A program made the position numbers and the translations under genes. A stretch of DNA of 64,000 nucleotides from positions 960,361-1,024,360 of the forward strand of contig NZ_AP018042.1 of the NCBI RefSeq assembly GCF_002356295.1, in the 5' to 3' direction. This DNA is from Labilibaculum antarcticum (GTDB lineage Bacteria; Bacteroidota; Bacteroidia; Bacteroidales; Marinifilaceae). Position 1 is the stretch's first letter; each line of letters opens with the position of its first letter. The notes beneath the pieces are model-generated. The model saw only the letters and a list, made by a program, of their open reading frames with translations. It had not been told where the DNA came from and made no database searches. Shown piece after piece: positions 40,581 to 50,680 of this stretch.

Positions 40581-42656
40581 ATGAAATACCTAATCATACT
40601 TTTGCTTTTAACAGTAACAACTACAGCTAGTATAGCTCAAAAATATGAATACCCAATTTGTCCTAAACAAACTGTTGTGGACACCTTTTTTAATGCATAT
40701 ACCATTTCGGAAAACTATAGATGGCTGGAAAATGTGAGGTGTGATAGCGTGGTAGAATGGATTAAAGCTGAAAATAAACTCTCAGATAAATTTACCGGGA
40801 AAGCCTCTGCAAAATACATGACGAAACAGCTTATTAAGAAATATTCTTACATGAAGACAATCAGAGCACAAAAAAAAGGGCCCTACTATTTCTCCTACTA
40901 TGTTCGTAACAAATTTGCTTCTGCAGGACTCTATATGGGCACTAAAATGGATGATATTAACCAACTCCTAGTGGATCCTAATTTTAATACAAAGAACAAA
41001 AAAACTGATATTAAAGATTTTTCTTTATCTAAAGATTCAAAGTTTTTGTGCTACTTAATAAATAGAGACGGAACTGACTGGATGGAAGCTAAGGTAATAT
41101 GTCTTCCTTCTGGAATCCAAAAAAAAGATCATTTAACCGGTATAAAGCATTCATCTATTTCATGGCGAGGCCATGGTTTCTTCTATTCAAAATATCCATA
41201 CAACGGAGAATTCTCAATGACCTCTAGTGAAGAAGTTTACTATCACAAACTTGGAGACGAGCAATCTCAGGACCAACTAATTTTTAAAAGAAAAAATCCA
41301 AATATTCAATTTTCCTTTTCAACAACATCTAATGAAAAGTTTTTTATCCTGAAAGAAGAAACCGAATCGTGTTACAACTATTTTTTTATCGATTACTCAT
41401 CCAAAAGCCCATACCTAAGGCCACTTTTAATGAAACAAAAATCCGGTTTTTCGGTTATAGATAGTCATAACAATAAAATAATTGCAAAAACCTTCAAGAA
41501 TAATAATGGTGGTTCAGTTGTTGAAATTGATCCTTATCATCCATATAATTGGAGAGAAATTGCTCCTGCATGTTTTGATGGAGTTCTCTTAAATTGTAAA
41601 ATAAAAGAGAATGGAATCCTATGTATGTACCAAAGCAATCAACATCCGGTATTAAAAATGTTCAATTTTGAAGGAAAAGCACTACGTCAATTGGAATTAC
41701 CTGATGCTAGCTCAATTACGAATGTGAACAGTGCCATTGATAATGATGAAATATTCTTCTACAATCAACAATATACGACTCCACCTCTTCAATACCACCT
41801 TAATACTACCACATTCAAAATAAAACCAGGAGAAACCACGATAATAAATTACAATTTTAAAGATATTGAATACAAACCTCTCAAATATAAAATAAATGAC
41901 AGCCTGAGCATTCCAATTACTTTGGTTTACAAAAAGGGACTAAAACTTGATGGCAATAACCCGACCTTACTAAAGGCTTATGGAGGATTTGGTGCAATAT
42001 CATCACCCTCTTTTGATTCAGGTGTGGTTTACTTTATAAACCAAGGAGGAGTATATGCTTTTGCCAATATCAGAGGAGGTGGTGACCTTGGTGAAAAATG
42101 GGCCAGAGAAGGAAGACGATTAAACAAACAAAATTCAATTGACGATTTTAATGCTGCCGCAGAATTTCTCATTCATGAAAAATACACGAACCCCAATAAA
42201 TTAGGAATAACCGGTTCTTCACACGGGGGGTTAATAGTTGCAGCAGCAGCCATTCAGAGACCCGATTTATATGCCGCAGTAGTTCCTATTGTTGCAGTAA
42301 CGGATATGCTTCGTTTCGAGCATTTTACCGTAGGAAATTTCCATATTGATGAATTTGGTACCGTAAAAGATTCTCTTGATTTTATAAACCTAAAGAGCTA
42401 TTCCCCTTTACACAACATTAAAGAGGATATAAATTATCCTGCCATGCTTGTAATGACATCTGAAAATGACGATCGGGTTCCTCCGTTTCATTCATATAAA
42501 TTTGTTGCAGAATTGCAAAATAGAAGTGCACAAACCAATCCTATTTTACTGAGAGTTGAAAAAGATGCTGGACACTCAGGAGCCATCACAAACGTCTCTT
42601 TTACTGATAGTAAATCTGACCTGTATGGATTTATTATGAGAATATTAATGAATTAA
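40581..42656 (+). CDS. Prolyl oligopeptidase (S9A family)
   Basis: 691 aa with a signal peptide, an N-terminal 7-bladed propeller and the catalytic block GITGSSHGGLIVAAAA (GGSNGG-type), with a downstream Asp/His region. Confidence 0.85.
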   Translation: MKYLIILLLLTVTTTASIAQKYEYPICPKQTVVDTFFNAYTISENYRWLENVRCDSVVEWIKAENKLSDKFTGKASAKYMTKQLIKKYSYMKTIRAQKKGPYYFSYYVRNKFASAGLYMGTKMDDINQLLVDPNFNTKNKKTDIKDFSLSKDSKFLCYLINRDGTDWMEAKVICLPSGIQKKDHLTGIKHSSISWRGHGFFYSKYPYNGEFSMTSSEEVYYHKLGDEQSQDQLIFKRKNPNIQFSFSTTSNEKFFILKEETESCYNYFFIDYSSKSPYLRPLLMKQKSGFSVIDSHNNKIIAKTFKNNNGGSVVEIDPYHPYNWREIAPACFDGVLLNCKIKENGILCMYQSNQHPVLKMFNFEGKALRQLELPDASSITNVNSAIDNDEIFFYNQQYTTPPLQYHLNTTTFKIKPGETTIINYNFKDIEYKPLKYKINDSLSIPITLVYKKGLKLDGNNPTLLKAYGGFGAISSPSFDSGVVYFINQGGVYAFANIRGGGDLGEKWAREGRRLNKQNSIDDFNAAAEFLIHEKYTNPNKLGITGSSHGGLIVAAAAIQRPDLYAAVVPIVAVTDMLRFEHFTVGNFHIDEFGTVKDSLDFINLKSYSPLHNIKEDINYPAMLVMTSENDDRVPPFHSYKFVAELQNRSAQTNPILLRVEKDAGHSGAITNVSFTDSKSDLYGFIMRILMN

Positions 42657-42663
42657 TTATTAC

Positions 42664-42737
42664 AAAAAAAAGCGATAACCAATTACCGGCTATTGCTTTT
42701 CTGATTGTTACAAACTAATATTATCCTATTTGTTTTT
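42664..42737. terminator. Bidirectional terminator AAAAAAGCGATAACC-aattac-GGCTATTGCTTTT plus attached repeat ttctgattgttacaaactaatattatcctatttgtttt
   Basis: Stem of about 10 bp with one G-U wobble, an A-tract before it and a T-tract after it, between convergent genes. The hairpin recurs at 53125-53164 and the tail recurs at 44496-44534. Confidence 0.6.
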
Positions 42738-42795
42738 TTGTATTGGGGCTATCCGCCCAAACTCGACATCATTTCTTGTCTTGAAACCAAATGGA

Positions 42796-44403
42796 TTAAA
42801 CCGACTTTATCTCCATGATTTTCTCATCGAAAACTTCATTTGATATCAATGAGCGATTCCTAATTTTGGTTTTGTAAGTATAAATTGTGTTGACCGAAAA
42901 ATTAAGAATACTTGCAATTTTTTCATTGTCGTTTATTCCTAATCGAATCAAAGCAAAAATCCGTAAATCAGTATTCAAACACTGAGAATCTTTTAAAATG
43001 AGGCTATCCTTTTCTTCAAAAAGGAGATTGAATCGATTCACAAAATCTGGAAACAATTTCAGGAAAATCCGATCGAAATCTTCGAACAAATTCTCACGTT
43101 CCTTTTTAGAATTGTAATTTTTCAACTCCTGTTCTATCGCATCGTATTGCTTGGTCATTAATTGGCGGGAAATTGCTTTTTTCATTCCTTCCAATTTTTC
43201 AATGAACTGTGAGCTAAAATTAAAATAGTAACCCACATACTCTTCTTTTATTTTACTCACTTCCCGAAGTGTTTCATTAAGCTTTCGAAGATTAGTGTTA
43301 CTCTCCAAAATTTCTTTTCGGGCTCTTTTTAATTCACTTACCTGGCGGTAAATGATTATTGCAAAAGTTATTAACAGCAAAGTAAAAATGGAAATAATAA
43401 TGCTAACGGTAAATACCAAATCTTTCTCTTTCTCAACTTCTTTTAAAACAGCCGCTTCAATATCGGGTTGAATATAGGATATCTCTAACTGTCGGGCATT
43501 GCTGCCATAAAATTCAGCATCCTTCTTAGCTTCGGAGATAAATTTATTGGCTTTCTCTAAATCCCCGTCGTGAAAAAGGAGTTCCGCCAATACTCTTGCA
43601 GCCAAAGTCTCTTTTGTGGTAGACTGAATATCACCAACAACAGCTTTACAAAGATGATACTTTGCTTTTTCTTTATCCTGTAGTTTTAAATAAGAAATCC
43701 CCAATATACAATTGGCAATGGCAATCTGATGAGGGGTTAAATCTTTTTTATTTAGTAAGGATGTGCAATATTTTTGAACATCGTAACTGGCGCTGTTATT
43801 TTGACTTTTTAATGCCAAAGCCAGAATATAATCAAAAGAATCAGGATCGCCCTCTTCAACAATTTTCTTCACATATGAATTCCCAATTTCTCTGTATTTG
43901 GGCGCATAATATCCCCAGCGGGAATTGGATAAATCGTAATAGGCACGATAAGCTACAGAATAAAAATCAATGCGCTTTTGTTGATCCAACACCATCGGAT
44001 CAATGGTCTGAATGCTGTCTATGGTTTCCTTGTATAATCCTCGGAGCAGAAGAATCAGAGAAATATTTGACTTGGCTTCTGCAATTTTTGATGCATCCTT
44101 TAAATGATAGGCCGTTTTCAATGCTAAATTCCCATAATGAAATGCCGAATCGTAAACAAAATACTTGTATTCTTTGGTCAATTTCACCAACAGTTTATAC
44201 TCCTCGTTTTTTCGATCCTCAAAATTAGAATGTTGAAGGGAGTCTGTCAGCAATGCGATTTTATTCTTTTTTACCTGAACAATATTGTCTTTACTTTCAA
44301 GGTATCTATTTGTCTCAGCAAACTGAAATGCAAGAGAATCATTTTGGCCGAAAGAATTCAGGCTTATGAAAACAAAAAACGTTAGAATGATACTTCTGTA
44401 CAT
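42796..44403 (-). CDS. TPR-repeat, single-TM transcriptional regulator with C-terminal LuxR/GerE-type HTH (DUF6377-like)
   Basis: Signal/TM helix, then TPR-like helical repeats, a TM helix (VFTVSIIISIFTLLLITFAIIIY), a coiled coil and a C-terminal HTH (IASILNFSVNTIYTYKTKIRNR). The start is moved to MYRSIIL at 44403, because the upstream extension overlaps a repeat. Confidence 0.5.
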   Translation of the reverse strand: MYRSIILTFFVFISLNSFGQNDSLAFQFAETNRYLESKDNIVQVKKNKIALLTDSLQHSNFEDRKNEEYKLLVKLTKEYKYFVYDSAFHYGNLALKTAYHLKDASKIAEAKSNISLILLLRGLYKETIDSIQTIDPMVLDQQKRIDFYSVAYRAYYDLSNSRWGYYAPKYREIGNSYVKKIVEEGDPDSFDYILALALKSQNNSASYDVQKYCTSLLNKKDLTPHQIAIANCILGISYLKLQDKEKAKYHLCKAVVGDIQSTTKETLAARVLAELLFHDGDLEKANKFISEAKKDAEFYGSNARQLEISYIQPDIEAAVLKEVEKEKDLVFTVSIIISIFTLLLITFAIIIYRQVSELKRARKEILESNTNLRKLNETLREVSKIKEEYVGYYFNFSSQFIEKLEGMKKAISRQLMTKQYDAIEQELKNYNSKKERENLFEDFDRIFLKLFPDFVNRFNLLFEEKDSLILKDSQCLNTDLRIFALIRLGINDNEKIASILNFSVNTIYTYKTKIRNRSLISNEVFDEKIMEIKSV

Positions 44404-44495
44404 GCTTATTAGATCTAGGTTTGCCGAACAACGAGTAAAAGTAAGATTAATATTTTCTGCAGCAAAAAAGCGAGAAGCAATTACTGACTGTGGCA

Positions 44496-44534
44496 TTTTT
44501 GATTGTTACAAATCAATATTGTCCTATTTATTTT
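44496..44534. repeat. Direct repeat tttttgattgttacaaatcaatattgtcctatttatttt, paralogue of 42697-42737
   Basis: About 90% identity to the segment downstream of the same regulator gene, so the gene is bracketed by direct repeats. Confidence 0.7.
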
Positions 44535-44830
44535 AAAACACTAGGAATATTTTAATTTCAGTTGGCTAAAGCCAAACTGCAATAGATAAAAAACAAAAAG
44601 CATTTACTGATATAAGTAGAAAATCAGAGTGTTTATTGTTCCTGTTTTCAAGCAATGGACTAATATGAGTTCTCATATACAAATAAAAACTACAATCATT
44701 GAGTAATCTTCCCAAAACACTCATCGATAAAAAACAATCAAACTTCTAAAATAACCCGGCAACGGTCTAAACGAATTGTTGTGCACAATTATTACATGAA
44801 TCTTTGTTTTGAAATTTAAACAAAGGTAAA

Positions 44831-46162
44831 ATGATAAAGCGTCTAATTTTAATTCAGTTTTTAATACTTATTATTCCTGGATTCCTAAAAGCACAAGAAC
44901 AAGCATACACATTAGAAGCATGCATAAATTACGCATGGGAAAACAGTACCGAAATTAGCAGGGCAAGTAATAGTGTTGGTATCCAAAATGCTTATTTGGC
45001 TCAATCAAAAGCGGATCGGGAACCTAATTTATTCTTGAATGGGAGCCAAACAGTAAGCTCAACTAGAAGTTACGAGAATAGCGATACAGATGGAAGTTGG
45101 AACCGAAGTTCGAACTCCAATCTTTCCGTTTCCTTAAATTCTGAAATCACCCTGTATAATGGAGCAAAACTTAAAAACACCATTGCTCAAAATAAAACGA
45201 AGCTTGCTGCCTCAGAAACGGATATTCAAACTGAAAAGGAATTAATTAGCTTAAATATACTATCGGCATATATTAATGCTTTGCTAGTGATTGAGAATGT
45301 TAAAAACTCCGAAGCTCAACTTCAGTCAACTGAAAAGCAATTCGAATTGACAGAAGCACGTAAGTCGGCTGGGATTATTTCGACTTCCGATTTCTTAAAT
45401 ATTAAATCTCAATATGCTTCAGATAAAGCTGCATTTATTAATGCCAAAAATACACTTCGAATCTATTACGTTGCTCTAATGCAACTAATGAATATGCCTA
45501 TTAACGATTCATTTACCATACAAGAACCCAATATTGATGCCTTACTAAAAGTTGCATCTGAATCGGACGCTAATTTAATTTACAAGATTGCTTTAGGGAT
45601 ACAACCAACCATTAAATCGGCTGAATTGAACTTGGAAAGTGCAAGAATGAATACAAAAATTGCACAAGCTGACGCATTGCCACAATTATCCTTGGGCGGA
45701 AGTATTAGTACCGGATATAATTCTGGTTTAGATCAGGTTAATTTTAGCGAACAGTTTTCCAATCAAATTAATCCATCCATCGGACTGTCCTTATCCGTTC
45801 CAATTTTTCAACGAAAAAAAATAAAGACCAATGTGACCATTGCGAATATACAAACTCAAAATGAGGAACTTAGTTTAGTCGATTTGAAAAACGATCTACG
45901 AAAATATATCGAGCAGGCTTGCATTGATGCTCAAATAGCAAGCAGTAACTATCTGGCACTTCAAGAGCAGTATGATGCAGAAAATGAATCCTACCATCTT
46001 TCCAATGAGATGTTTACACAAGGTATGATCAATTCGGTTGATTTTCTGACTTCGAAAAACAATTTAGTAAGTGCTGAGAACGAACTAACACAAGCAAAAT
46101 ATAATGTGCTACTGCAAAATAAAATTATTGATTACTATTTAGGCAATACAATATTATTTTAA
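44831..46162 (+). CDS. TolC-family outer membrane efflux protein
   Basis: 443 aa with a signal peptide and duplicated helical/beta repeats. First gene of the MacAB-type operon. Confidence 0.8.
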   Translation: MIKRLILIQFLILIIPGFLKAQEQAYTLEACINYAWENSTEISRASNSVGIQNAYLAQSKADREPNLFLNGSQTVSSTRSYENSDTDGSWNRSSNSNLSVSLNSEITLYNGAKLKNTIAQNKTKLAASETDIQTEKELISLNILSAYINALLVIENVKNSEAQLQSTEKQFELTEARKSAGIISTSDFLNIKSQYASDKAAFINAKNTLRIYYVALMQLMNMPINDSFTIQEPNIDALLKVASESDANLIYKIALGIQPTIKSAELNLESARMNTKIAQADALPQLSLGGSISTGYNSGLDQVNFSEQFSNQINPSIGLSLSVPIFQRKKIKTNVTIANIQTQNEELSLVDLKNDLRKYIEQACIDAQIASSNYLALQEQYDAENESYHLSNEMFTQGMINSVDFLTSKNNLVSAENELTQAKYNVLLQNKIIDYYLGNTILF

Positions 46163-46167
46163 ATAAA

Positions 46168-47484
46168 ATGATGATGAAAAAGATAAATCTTCCACACAAA
46201 AAACTGTTACTATCAATAGTTGGAATACTCATAATTGCGATTGTTTCAATCACTTATATCTCATGGGTAAAAAGCGAGCATGAATATGTTTTCGAAACTG
46301 AAATTGTAAAAAAAGGATCGCTAAGCAATACGATTACTGCGACAGGAACGCTGGAGGCTACCAATACTGTTGTGGTTGGTACACAAGTATCGGGAGTTAT
46401 TGAAAAACTGTATGTCGATTTTAATTCGGTAGTTAAAAAAGGTCAATTGATTGCCGAACTCGATAAATATACATTGCAATCGAGTCTTGAAAATGCCCAA
46501 GCTGATTTAGATAACGCTCAAGCAGAATATGATTACCAAAATTCCAATTACCTAAGAATGAAGGTTCTTTTCGATAAAGATCTTTTAGCGCAAAGCGACT
46601 ACGAATTAGTAGTTTACAACTTTAAAAAAAGCAAGGCATCCGTAAAATCTGCAAAAGCTAATTTGGATAGATCTGCTCGTAATTTAAGCTACGCGACCAT
46701 CTATTCTCCAATTGATGGAATTGTGCTTAACCGCGCGGTAGAAGCAGGTCAAACAGTTGCAGCCAGCATGAATACACCTGAACTATTCACGATTACGAAC
46801 GATTTAAAAGAAATGCAGGTGGAAGCGAATATTGATGAAGCAGATATAGGCATGGTAAAAGAAAAGCAACGTGTTGAGTTTACTGTGGATGCATTTCCTG
46901 ATCTTAATTTTGAGGGTGAAGTATCGGAGATCCGATTACAGCCAAACGAATCTTCTAATGTAATCACCTACATCGTAATTATTACGGTAAGCAACCCTGA
47001 TTTAAAATTGAAACCAGGAATGACAGCAAGTATTACCACTTATGTTGAGGAAGCAAATGATGTTCTGTTAATAGCAGGAAAAGCAACTCGTTTTAGCCCC
47101 AACCAACAATTACTAGATGACTATATGAGTAGCTTATCAGAGAATCAAGAAAAACCACTTTTGAATGAATCCAATACAAGAAATGATGAAAGTAGACCTA
47201 AGCCTCCAAAAAGAGACATGCAGGAATTAGACGATTCACACAAAAGGGTTTGGATAAAAAATGGGAATGAAATACATCCACAAGTCATTGAAGTAGGCAT
47301 TGATGATTATTCAAATATTGAAGTCATATCAGGCTTAGAGGAAGGGAGTGTACTTGTTACTTCTTTTGAATTAGCCGATGGTTCTGAGATAGCAGTTGCA
47401 TCGCAAAAGGATGAGGAGCAGAAAAGTCCCTTTGTTCAAGAGAGACCCAAACATAAAGCTGGCCAAGGAGGCGGTCCTCGTTAA
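46168..47484 (+). CDS. Efflux transporter periplasmic adaptor (MacA/HlyD-like membrane fusion protein)
   Basis: 438 aa with an N-terminal TM anchor, a coiled-coil hairpin, lipoyl and beta-barrel domains, and a Gly/Pro-rich C-terminal tail. Confidence 0.8.
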   Translation: MMMKKINLPHKKLLLSIVGILIIAIVSITYISWVKSEHEYVFETEIVKKGSLSNTITATGTLEATNTVVVGTQVSGVIEKLYVDFNSVVKKGQLIAELDKYTLQSSLENAQADLDNAQAEYDYQNSNYLRMKVLFDKDLLAQSDYELVVYNFKKSKASVKSAKANLDRSARNLSYATIYSPIDGIVLNRAVEAGQTVAASMNTPELFTITNDLKEMQVEANIDEADIGMVKEKQRVEFTVDAFPDLNFEGEVSEIRLQPNESSNVITYIVIITVSNPDLKLKPGMTASITTYVEEANDVLLIAGKATRFSPNQQLLDDYMSSLSENQEKPLLNESNTRNDESRPKPPKRDMQELDDSHKRVWIKNGNEIHPQVIEVGIDDYSNIEVISGLEEGSVLVTSFELADGSEIAVASQKDEEQKSPFVQERPKHKAGQGGGPR

Positions 47485-47532
47485 TCTTAGAATGGAGAAG
47501 TGAGCTATAAAACGAATAAAAAGATAAGTGAT

Positions 47533-48378
47533 ATGAAAAAATTGACGATCCTAATGATGGTACTCTTTGTGGCCACAAGCCTGCATGGGTTTGCACAACA
47601 GAAAGAGAATGCACGTGAAGAAGGACAGGAAAAAATAGAGACCTTGACAGATACACAGAAAGGGAAACTTAAAAGCATTCTATCAAATTACGATTCCCAT
47701 TCACTCACAGCCGAAAATGCCAAGGCTATTCATAAGGCGTTTCGTGAGGCAGGCCTTCGTGCTGGCCCGGCAACAGCAGATGCCATCAGAGAGACTGGTT
47801 TTGATCCAGATAAACTGCGCGACTTAGCTCCGCCACCAGACATGGAAGGTGATCACAAGAGAGATGACAACGGAAGTACGCGGCTCACAGATCATCCAGC
47901 TCAGGGAAAAACAGGCTTCGCAGTTAGCAGTTCGGCAGTGAAAGCAGATGGTTCGTTAATGTCTGACTTTACGGGCGATGGCAGAGGCGTATCTATGCCA
48001 CTTGAGTGGACAAAAGTACCAGCAGGCACAAAGTTTTTTGCACTGAATCTGTGGCATGTTCCTCATCCTTCGTCAGAACCTAACAAGGTAAAATCATATT
48101 GGGTGATCTACAATATTCCAGCTGATGTGCGTCAGCTCCCTGAAGATGTTAAAGGGTTAGGAATTGATGGTTACAACGATAAGGATAACACTGGCTATGA
48201 TCCTATGAAGTCGAAAGGACCTGGTGTTAAGAAATACAATCTGACAATTTACGCGCTCTCAGCAAAGCCGACCTTCAGCACCAAAAAGGTTCAACGCTCC
48301 GATTTATTAAAAGCAATAAAGGGGATTACGCTTGATGAATGCACCCTGGAGTATACCTACGAAAGGGGAAAGGAATAA
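47533..48378 (+). CDS. Secreted YbhB/YbcL (PEBP/Raf-kinase-inhibitor-like) protein with an N-terminal paralogous domain of about 90 aa
   Basis: Signal peptide MKKLTILMMVLFVATSLHGFA. The PEBP blocks are SYWVIYNIPADV and KYNLTIYALS. The N-terminal segment (ETLTDTQKGKLKSILSNYDSHSLTAENAKAIHKAF...GFDPDKLRDLAPPP) is paralogous to ORF 50681..51013. Confidence 0.6.
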   Translation: MKKLTILMMVLFVATSLHGFAQQKENAREEGQEKIETLTDTQKGKLKSILSNYDSHSLTAENAKAIHKAFREAGLRAGPATADAIRETGFDPDKLRDLAPPPDMEGDHKRDDNGSTRLTDHPAQGKTGFAVSSSAVKADGSLMSDFTGDGRGVSMPLEWTKVPAGTKFFALNLWHVPHPSSEPNKVKSYWVIYNIPADVRQLPEDVKGLGIDGYNDKDNTGYDPMKSKGPGVKKYNLTIYALSAKPTFSTKKVQRSDLLKAIKGITLDECTLEYTYERGKE

Positions 48379-48619
48379 GACATCAGGAATCATAGGATTC
48401 CGTGAATGAAGATTCATATTTGAATTTAAAAGAGAAATTAATGAATATGCTAGTACACTTTTATACCAGTGGAAAATAAAAGTTCACTGAATCAATTCGT
48501 TAGCCCATCTCTAAAGGGAACAAATTGATTGTCCCTCACCCTTTAGGGGCAGGGGTAAAAGGGAAATCATTTTGCGTACTGGTATAATAAGGTATAAGCG
48601 AATTAATGAATCATTGAAA

Positions 48620-49378
48620 ATGAACAACAAAGAAATCATATCAATAAAAAACCTGCATAAAAATTATCAGGCTGGCGAGGAAACCGTAAAGGCCTTACGA
48701 GGTGTGGATTTATCCATTACAAAGGGCGAATTCGTAGCCATAATGGGCACAAGTGGTTCTGGCAAATCAACTCTACTTAATATACTAGGATGCCTCGATT
48801 TGCCTTCTGAAGGTGACTATTTTTTGGATGGCGTAAATGTGAAATCATTAAATAGAAACCAGCTGGCCGATATTCGGAATCAAAAATTGGGTTTCGTATT
48901 TCAATCCTACAACCTCTTACCTCGCACATCGGCACTTGAGAATGTAGAATTGCCTTTATTATACAATCCGCTAGTTAGTAATGCCGAACGAAGGGAAAAG
49001 GCAGAGCAAGCATTAATTGCCGTTGGTTTAAAAGATAGAATGAAACATTTATCCAATCAAATGTCGGGCGGACAACAGCAAAGAGTTGCTATTGCTCGTT
49101 CAATGGTAAATAGTCCGGTGGTAATTTTTGCCGATGAAGCAACAGGAAATCTCGATACCCGGACTTCCCTTGAGATTATGGCTCTTTTTCAGGAATTAAA
49201 TGAGAATGGAATGACCGTTTGTTTTGTTACTCACGAACCAGAGATAGCAGAATTTACCACGCGAAATGTCCTTTTTCGTGACGGTCTTATTATTAAAGAC
49301 AACCTGATAACAAACAGACAAAATGCACTTCATGTTCTTGCTCAATTAAAAGAAGAAACGTATTCTTTTGGCAATTAA
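48620..49378 (+). CDS. ABC transporter ATP-binding protein, MacB/LolD type
   Basis: Walker [10 protein letters not shown], signature [13 protein letters not shown] and Walker B VIFADE. The start is set at MNNKEIIS, because the upstream extension is unsupported. Confidence 0.9.
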   Translation: MNNKEIISIKNLHKNYQAGEETVKALRGVDLSITKGEFVAIMGTSGSGKSTLLNILGCLDLPSEGDYFLDGVNVKSLNRNQLADIRNQKLGFVFQSYNLLPRTSALENVELPLLYNPLVSNAERREKAEQALIAVGLKDRMKHLSNQMSGGQQQRVAIARSMVNSPVVIFADEATGNLDTRTSLEIMALFQELNENGMTVCFVTHEPEIAEFTTRNVLFRDGLIIKDNLITNRQNALHVLAQLKEETYSFGN

Positions 49379-49404
49379 ATTTTTCGCAATAAAAATTAAA
49401 AACG

Positions 49405-50625
49405 ATGAGACTGATTAATTTATTTAAGATCGCCATAGCAGCCATTATTCGAAACAAAATGCGTTCGTTTTTAACCATGCTCGGTATTGTAATAGGTGTA
49501 GGTGCTGTAATTGCCATGTTAGCCATTGGCCAGGGATCGAATGCGAGTATTCGCGATACAATTTCCTCAATGGGAACCAACCTTATCAGTATAAAGCCGG
49601 CAAGCCAAAGCCGTGGCGGGGTAAATCAAGGGCAATCCAACTCACAAAAATTAGAAGTAAGCGATGTTTACTATTTGGAAAATAACAGCGAACTGATTAG
49701 TGCCATTTCTCCCGAGATTGATGACAGCGGTCAAATTGTATATGGTTCAAATAACTGGCCTACTCAAATTTATAGTGGAAATGAGCAGTATCCTTCAATT
49801 AAAAAATATGAAGTTGAAACTGGACGAATTTACACTTCGCAAGAAATAAAAAAGGCTGCTAAGGTATGCTTGGTCGGACAAACAATAATTGAGAATGTAT
49901 TTACCGATGGTGAAGATCCTATTGGTAAAAGCATACGATTTAATAACATTCCGTTTAAAGTCATTGGTACTTTAAAGGAGAAAGGCAACAATACGTTTGG
50001 GCAAGATCAGGATGATATGATACTTGCACCTTATACGACGGTAATGAAACGTATTAACAGACAAACGTATTTACGCGCTATTGTTATATCGGCCAAATCG
50101 GAAGATCAGATTGCTGAAACAAGTGCTGAAATAACTCAACTGTTGCGCTTATCTCATAAATTAAAAGAGAGCGCAGACGATGATTTTGAAATTAGAACTC
50201 AAGAAGAACTCATTAGCAATTTTGGTTCCATATCAGAAATGATGTTGGTTTTGTTAGGATCCATTGCGGGCATATCCTTAATTGTAGGTGGCATTGGAAT
50301 TATGAACATTATGTATGTGTCGGTTACCGAACGAACACGCGAAATAGGCTTACGGATGGCCATTGGAGGTAAAGGCAAAGATATTTTACAGCAGTTTCTT
50401 TTAGAGGCTACGATGCTGAGCGTTTTGGGTGGCATAATTGGTATTGTATTGGGTATTACCGCAACAAATATTGTAGAAAGTGTATTGGGATGGCCTGTAT
50501 TAATTACAGTAGATTCTATTCTATTATCCTTTTTGTTTTGCACTTTCATTGGGGTGTTTTTTGGATGGTATCCTGCTCGCAAAGCAGCAAGAATGGAACC
50601 CATTGAAGCTTTACGACACGAATAA
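49405..50625 (+). CDS. ABC transporter permease (MacB/FtsX-like)
   Basis: 406 aa with one N-terminal TM helix, a large periplasmic domain and three C-terminal TM helices (FtsX fold). Confidence 0.85.
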   Translation: MRLINLFKIAIAAIIRNKMRSFLTMLGIVIGVGAVIAMLAIGQGSNASIRDTISSMGTNLISIKPASQSRGGVNQGQSNSQKLEVSDVYYLENNSELISAISPEIDDSGQIVYGSNNWPTQIYSGNEQYPSIKKYEVETGRIYTSQEIKKAAKVCLVGQTIIENVFTDGEDPIGKSIRFNNIPFKVIGTLKEKGNNTFGQDQDDMILAPYTTVMKRINRQTYLRAIVISAKSEDQIAETSAEITQLLRLSHKLKESADDDFEIRTQEELISNFGSISEMMLVLLGSIAGISLIVGGIGIMNIMYVSVTERTREIGLRMAIGGKGKDILQQFLLEATMLSVLGGIIGIVLGITATNIVESVLGWPVLITVDSILLSFLFCTFIGVFFGWYPARKAARMEPIEALRHE

Positions 50626-50680
50626 GTTTAATTGGACATTATAATTATCAATATATTTATAATCTTTAAATTTTAGTAAA

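Noticed and set aside
44404-44496. N-terminal extension of the TPR-HTH regulator ORF
   Set aside because: It overlaps the direct repeat/terminator-like element. The internal Met (MYRSIIL) begins a hydrophobic signal/TM segment.
48572-48619. 16-codon N-terminal extension of the MacB-type ATPase
   Set aside because: ABC ATPases of this type start a few residues before the Walker A region. MNNKEIIS is the conventional start, and the extension lies in a structured GC-rich intergenic segment.
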